From assembly GCA_016840405.1 (NCBI GenBank), contig JAEOSK010000054.1:1-11566 (forward strand): 11,566 nt of DNA. The letters are read 5' to 3'. The stretch's first letter is position 1; every line of letters begins with the position of its first letter. A model generated the notes under the pieces. It saw only the letters and a list, made by a program, of their open reading frames with translations, searched no databases and was not told where the DNA came from. Source of the DNA: Candidatus Hermodarchaeum yapensis (lineage in GTDB: Archaea; Asgardarchaeota; Hermodarchaeia; Hermodarchaeales; Hermodarchaeaceae). This document shows positions 8,886 to 11,566 of this stretch, one piece after another. The translations under genes were made by a program, and so were the position numbers.

Positions 8886-8915
8886 TACGCCGTCAACCTG
8901 CAAAAGCAAGTGACT
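8886..8915 (-). other. tRNA intron at position 30/31 (30 nt)
   Basis: Bulges GG^A and TA^A. Central helix CGCA/GGCG has 3 bp plus an A-G mismatch. Intron stem is GTCA-CTTGC/GCAGG-T-TGAC. Confidence 0.85.
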
Positions 8916-8940
8916 CCTGCGCCGTTGACCATGCTTGGCT

Positions 8941-8962
8941 GTGGGGTCTACTCAGGGTAGAT
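8941..8962 (-). other. tRNA intron at position 8/9 (22 nt)
   Basis: Full BHB: central helix GGGG/CCCC, bulges GT^A and AC^A, intron stem TCTAC/GTAGA, outer helix TGGC/GCCA. Confidence 0.85.
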
Positions 8963-9040
8963 ACCCCCGCCACCGGTTAAGTGGCATAGACCCTTCGGAA
9001 GGGTCCCCCGCAGAGGGTATGAGTGATAGGGCAATCAGGA

Positions 9041-9058
9041 ACTTAAAACTGCTTCGGG
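9041..9058 (-). promoter_or_regulatory. Putative BRE/TATA promoter of the tRNA gene
   Basis: The minus strand reads CCCGAAGCAG-TTTTAAGT, predicting a start near 9017. Confidence 0.45.
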
Positions 9059-9290
9059 GTTCTTCCGAGCCAAAGTCAACTTTCTCTACTAATCAAGTCC
9101 TGAATTAGCTTTTGAGAAAGTGGACCATGCTTGATTACCGTTGTCCGAAACTTTTCCATCTGAAGTAGGTCTTCAGTGGAAATCGGTTCCTGCATCATTG
9201 ACAAGCACTGCCCCAAAGGGCTGTAACCTTCTTGTCTCAAGACAGCCGTTTAATGTTTCCGCCCAACTAGCGGCGACAACATTGTGTTTG
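9051..9290. ncRNA. Candidate structured non-coding RNA of unknown family
   Basis: The region has no long ORF and contains at least four consecutive stem-loops, a long-range GTTGTC/GACAAC pairing and K-turn-like motifs on the minus strand. Confidence 0.35.
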
Positions 9291-9350
9291 TAGAATTGTA
9301 TCAAAACGAACAGAATTTAATTTTCAGATCAATTGATTTGACAGAGCTAC

Positions 9351-9368
9351 AACTAAAGAGCTATATAG
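9351..9368 (+). promoter_or_regulatory. Putative BRE/TATA promoter of gcvH
   Basis: AACTAAAGAGC-TATATAG lies about 50 nt upstream of ATG 9419. Confidence 0.5.
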
Positions 9369-9418
9369 CGGAAAGAGTGAAACACGGAATCAGACAATTG
9401 TCTGGAGTTTTCAAAACC

Positions 9419-9811
9419 ATGACAAAAATTCCTGCGGAATTGCTCTATACGAAAGAACATGAATGGGTACGGCAAGAAGATGGTGTCGTACGGGTTGGTA
9501 TTACCGATTATGCCCAGGAGGAGTTACATGAAATTGTAATGGTGGAACTTCCTTCGGTGGGCACAGCAGTCGAAGCTGGTGAAGCTTTTGGCACCGTTGA
9601 CTCGGTTAAAGCTACTTCAGAGCTTTTTGCTCCCCTTTCAGGAGAAGTGGCCGAAGTTAATGAAAAACTTGAAGAAGCGCCAGAGCTTGTGAATAATGAT
9701 CCATATGGAGAAGGATGGATGGTGGCCATCAAAGTTTCTGATCCGAATAAGCTCAAGTCTTTATTAAGTGCCGATGATTACAAGAAATTCGTTGAAGAGC
9801 TAGGAAAATGA
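9419..9811 (+). CDS. gcvH: Glycine cleavage system H protein (lipoyl carrier)
   Basis: Contains YTKEHEWV, VGITDYAQ, the lipoyl-Lys motif VDSVKA, APLSGEV and NNDPYGEGW. Start revised to ATG 9419 (GGAG upstream), giving 130 aa. Confidence 0.95.
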   Translation: MTKIPAELLYTKEHEWVRQEDGVVRVGITDYAQEELHEIVMVELPSVGTAVEAGEAFGTVDSVKATSELFAPLSGEVAEVNEKLEEAPELVNNDPYGEGWMVAIKVSDPNKLKSLLSADDYKKFVEELGK

Positions 9812-9842
9812 GGACTCACTCAGAAAACGTGTGTGGTCGGTA

Positions 9843-9859
9843 CGAGAACTTTTTTAAGT
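9843..9859 (+). promoter_or_regulatory. Putative aglB TATA box; the T-run may double as the gcvH terminator
   Basis: CGAGAAC-TTTTTTAAGT lies about 47 nt upstream of ATG 9906. An AGGTGA RBS lies at 9896-9901. Confidence 0.45.
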
Positions 9860-9905
9860 ACACGGAATTATCAAGGCACCATTCTTCCTACACCTAGGTG
9901 ACCGG

Positions 9906-11566
9906 ATGCCATTACGGGATTCACTTCGATCCATTTGGTCTTTCCTTCGACGATACATACATGGTCCACGAATGGATATTTCTCGGGCTAATGTAATGGC
10001 AGCCGTAGGACTGATTGGTATCTGTGTTCTTGCCTTGATGATTCGGCTTCTTCCGACAATTGGTTTTCCAATTATTATACGAGCGTTTGACCCGTGGTAT
10101 AACCTTCGAGAGGTTGAATTCATTTTAGAGAATGGGTTCGCAGCTTGGTTTGGCTGGTACGATTGGAGTACGTGGGTGCCGTTTGGACGCAATATTCCAC
10201 AGACATCTTACCCTGGAATTCCCTTCTCTGCTGCCCTGTTACATTTAACCTTTCAAGCGCTGGGAATTCAAATTGATTTGATGACGACTGCGGTGCTTTA
10301 TCCTGCAATATTTGGGCTCTTTGGAGTTCTCGCCATCTATGTTCTTGGCTGTGAAATTGGATCGAAGGAAATCGGGCTTTTAGCAGCCTTCTTCATGGCA
10401 ATTATTCCAGCTTACACACAACGAACCGTAACCGGCTTCTTTGACAATGAAGCAATTGGAATTGTAGCAATCATCCTAACCTTGTTCTTCTTTGTTCGCG
10501 CCTTGCGAAAAGGATCAATTGCTTCAGCCATCTTTGGGGGGCTTTCACTTGGACTCCTCGCAGCGAGTTGGAGTGTTTATCTGTATATGTTTCAGATTTT
10601 CGCCATTTTTGCGTTAGTCATGGTGTTACTCCGTAAGTATTCGCGGAGGTTGTTTCTTGCCTATTCTGGTGTCGTTTTAACAGGGTTTCTCATAGCTATC
10701 TGTGTTCCCCGAATTGGCCCTGATTGGGTGACGTCTTCAACGGGACTAATACCTCTTGGCGTATTTGGACTCCTCTTGCTTATTGAAATCGTCCGAGTAT
10801 ATCGGGTGACAGAAATTGGCCTTCCCAGTAGGTTGGGTTCACTCTCCAGTCGGTTGCGACCATATCTAGCCTACATCTTTGGAGCTATGTGTGCTCTCAT
10901 CGTCGTCGGTTTGGGCTACTTGTATCAATCGGGCTTAATCGTCACTCTTTCAACGGCAACAGAAGGCATGGGTCTTTTTGGAGATATTCAAAGTAAATTC
11001 CTAACTGTAATTGATCCATTAATCCGACAACAAGCGTTTCTCCTCGCCTCAGTAGGTGAACACCTTCCTTCACCCTGGGCGACGTTTTGGTACAATCTCG
11101 GAATATTGGTTCTTCTCATGCCCTTTGGATTTTACATCGCCTTTCGCCGTGAAAGAGACTCTGACATTTTGCTCATCATCTTTGCACTTACAGCAATGTA
11201 TTTCACCGGCTCTATGATACGACTAACCCTTATTCTAGCCCCGGCCGCAGCGATTCTGGGATCTTATGGGCTCATGATGTCTATTCGTCCCTTCCGACAA
11301 ATCTTCTGGCAACGTCCAATTCTTACCCGACGCCGCCGCCGTATTACACCTCCAGCTACAAGGGGCTTTGCAACAATCTCCTACTTCTTCATCATCATCC
11401 TTCTTCTTGCTTCGACTTATACCGCTGTTGCAGCCACTGATAATATGGGTTCACCTGAAATTACCATAGGATTCCGAACGCCAAACGGAGATACTGAGGT
11501 ATATTACGATTATCTCGAAACGTTCGCGTGGATGCAACATCACACCCCACCAGACAGTATAATGAT
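9906..11566 (+). CDS. aglB: Oligosaccharyltransferase AglB/STT3, truncated by the window edge just before the expected WWDYG motif
   Basis: Not in the ORF track. Manual translation of segments in the same frame from ATG 9906 gives IIRAFDPWYNLR, WYDWSTWVPFGRNIPQTSYPG, RTVTGFFDNEAIG, ASVGEHLPSPW, YFTGSMIRLTLILAP and YDYLETFAWMQHHTPPDSIM. Many TM segments are present. Confidence 0.94.
   Translation, partial: MPLRDSLRSIWSFLRRYIHGPRMDISRANVMAAVGLIGICVLALMIRLLPTIGFPIIIRAFDPWYNLREVEFILENGFAAWFGWYDWSTWVPFGRNIPQTSYPGIPFSAALLHLTFQALGIQIDLMTTAVLYPAIFGLFGVLAIYVLGCEIGSKEIGLLAAFFMAIIPAYTQRTVTGFFDNEAIGIVAIILTLFFFVRALRKGSIASAIFGGLSLGLLAASWSVYLYMFQIFAIFALVMVLLRKYSRRLFLAYSGVVLTGFLIAICVPRIGPDWVTSSTGLIPLGVFGLLLLIEIVRVYRVTEIGLPSRLGSLSSRLRPYLAYIFGAMCALIVVGLGYLYQSGLIVTLSTATEGMGLFGDIQSKFLTVIDPLIRQQAFLLASVGEHLPSPWATFWYNLGILVLLMPFGFYIAFRRERDSDILLIIFALTAMYFTGSMIRLTLILAPAAAILGSYGLMMSIRPFRQIFWQRPILTRRRRRITPPATRGFATISYFFIIILLLASTYTAVAATDNMGSPEITIGFRTPNGDTEVYYDYLETFAWMQHHTPPDSIM

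Larger units (their letters stand above)
8784..8970 (-). tRNA. tRNA-Leu(CAA) interrupted by four BHB introns; exons 8970-8963, 8940-8916, 8885-8879, 8857-8827, 8800-8784
   Basis: The joined exons give an 88-nt cloverleaf: GCGGGGGTAGCCAAGCATGGTCAACGGCGCAGGACTCAAGATCCTGTCCGGCAGCGGTTCGAGGGTTCGAATCCCTCCCCCCGCACCA. Stems are acceptor GCGGGGG/CCCCCGC, D GCC/GGC, anticodon CAGGA/TCCTG with loop CT-CAA-GA, variable arm CCG/CGG and T GAGGG/CCCTC with loop TTCGAAT. The discriminator is A73 and CCA is encoded. Confidence 0.92.

Noticed and set aside
8784-9011. tRNA pseudogene or integration (att) site of a mobile element
   Set aside because: The spliced product has fully paired stems. No integrase, transposase, duplicated tRNA 3' end or CRISPR-like repeat array was seen in the window.
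9051-9418. Glycine riboswitch upstream of gcvH, SRP RNA, RNase P RNA or a second intron-split tRNA
   Set aside because: I found no glycine-aptamer GGAGA/CCGAAG/CTCAGG set, SRP helix-8 motif or RNase P GAGGAAAGTCC. No acceptor or T-arm pair could be assembled, and the hairpin after the D-loop-like 11-mer lacks BHB geometry.
9419-9811. LbpA-type lipoate-binding protein of sulfur-oxidising sHdr systems
   Set aside because: The protein has no cysteines, whereas LbpA has conserved ones, and the Hdr here is the Mvh-linked type.
9854-10308. Minus-strand ORFs 9854-10192 and 10120-10308
   Set aside because: They are antisense to the clearly recognisable aglB frame.

Overview
Archaeal genomic window, most likely from an Asgard lineage (inferred from a longin-domain protein and an AglB with eukaryote-like STT3 motifs). 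Bases 1-7246 are one tightly coupled minus-strand operon, hdrC-hdrB-korD-korA-korB-korC-hdrA-mvhD-mvhG(partial): a four-subunit 2-oxoacid:ferredoxin oxidoreductase sits inside a heterodisulfide reductase/[NiFe]-hydrogenase electron-bifurcation cluster. Next come a stand-alone 7-TM protein and a longin + winged-helix (NPRL2-like) protein, then gcvH and a partial aglB/STT3. The most striking element is not in the ORF track. At 8784-8970 (-) there is a tRNA-Leu(CAA) gene broken into five exons by four bulge-helix-bulge (BHB) introns at about 8/9, 30/31, 37/38 and 59/60. A possible fifth insertion lies in the acceptor stem, and a ~240-nt hairpin-rich non-coding region lies directly upstream. All calls were made by eye from motifs and base-pairing; no database searches or folding programs were run.
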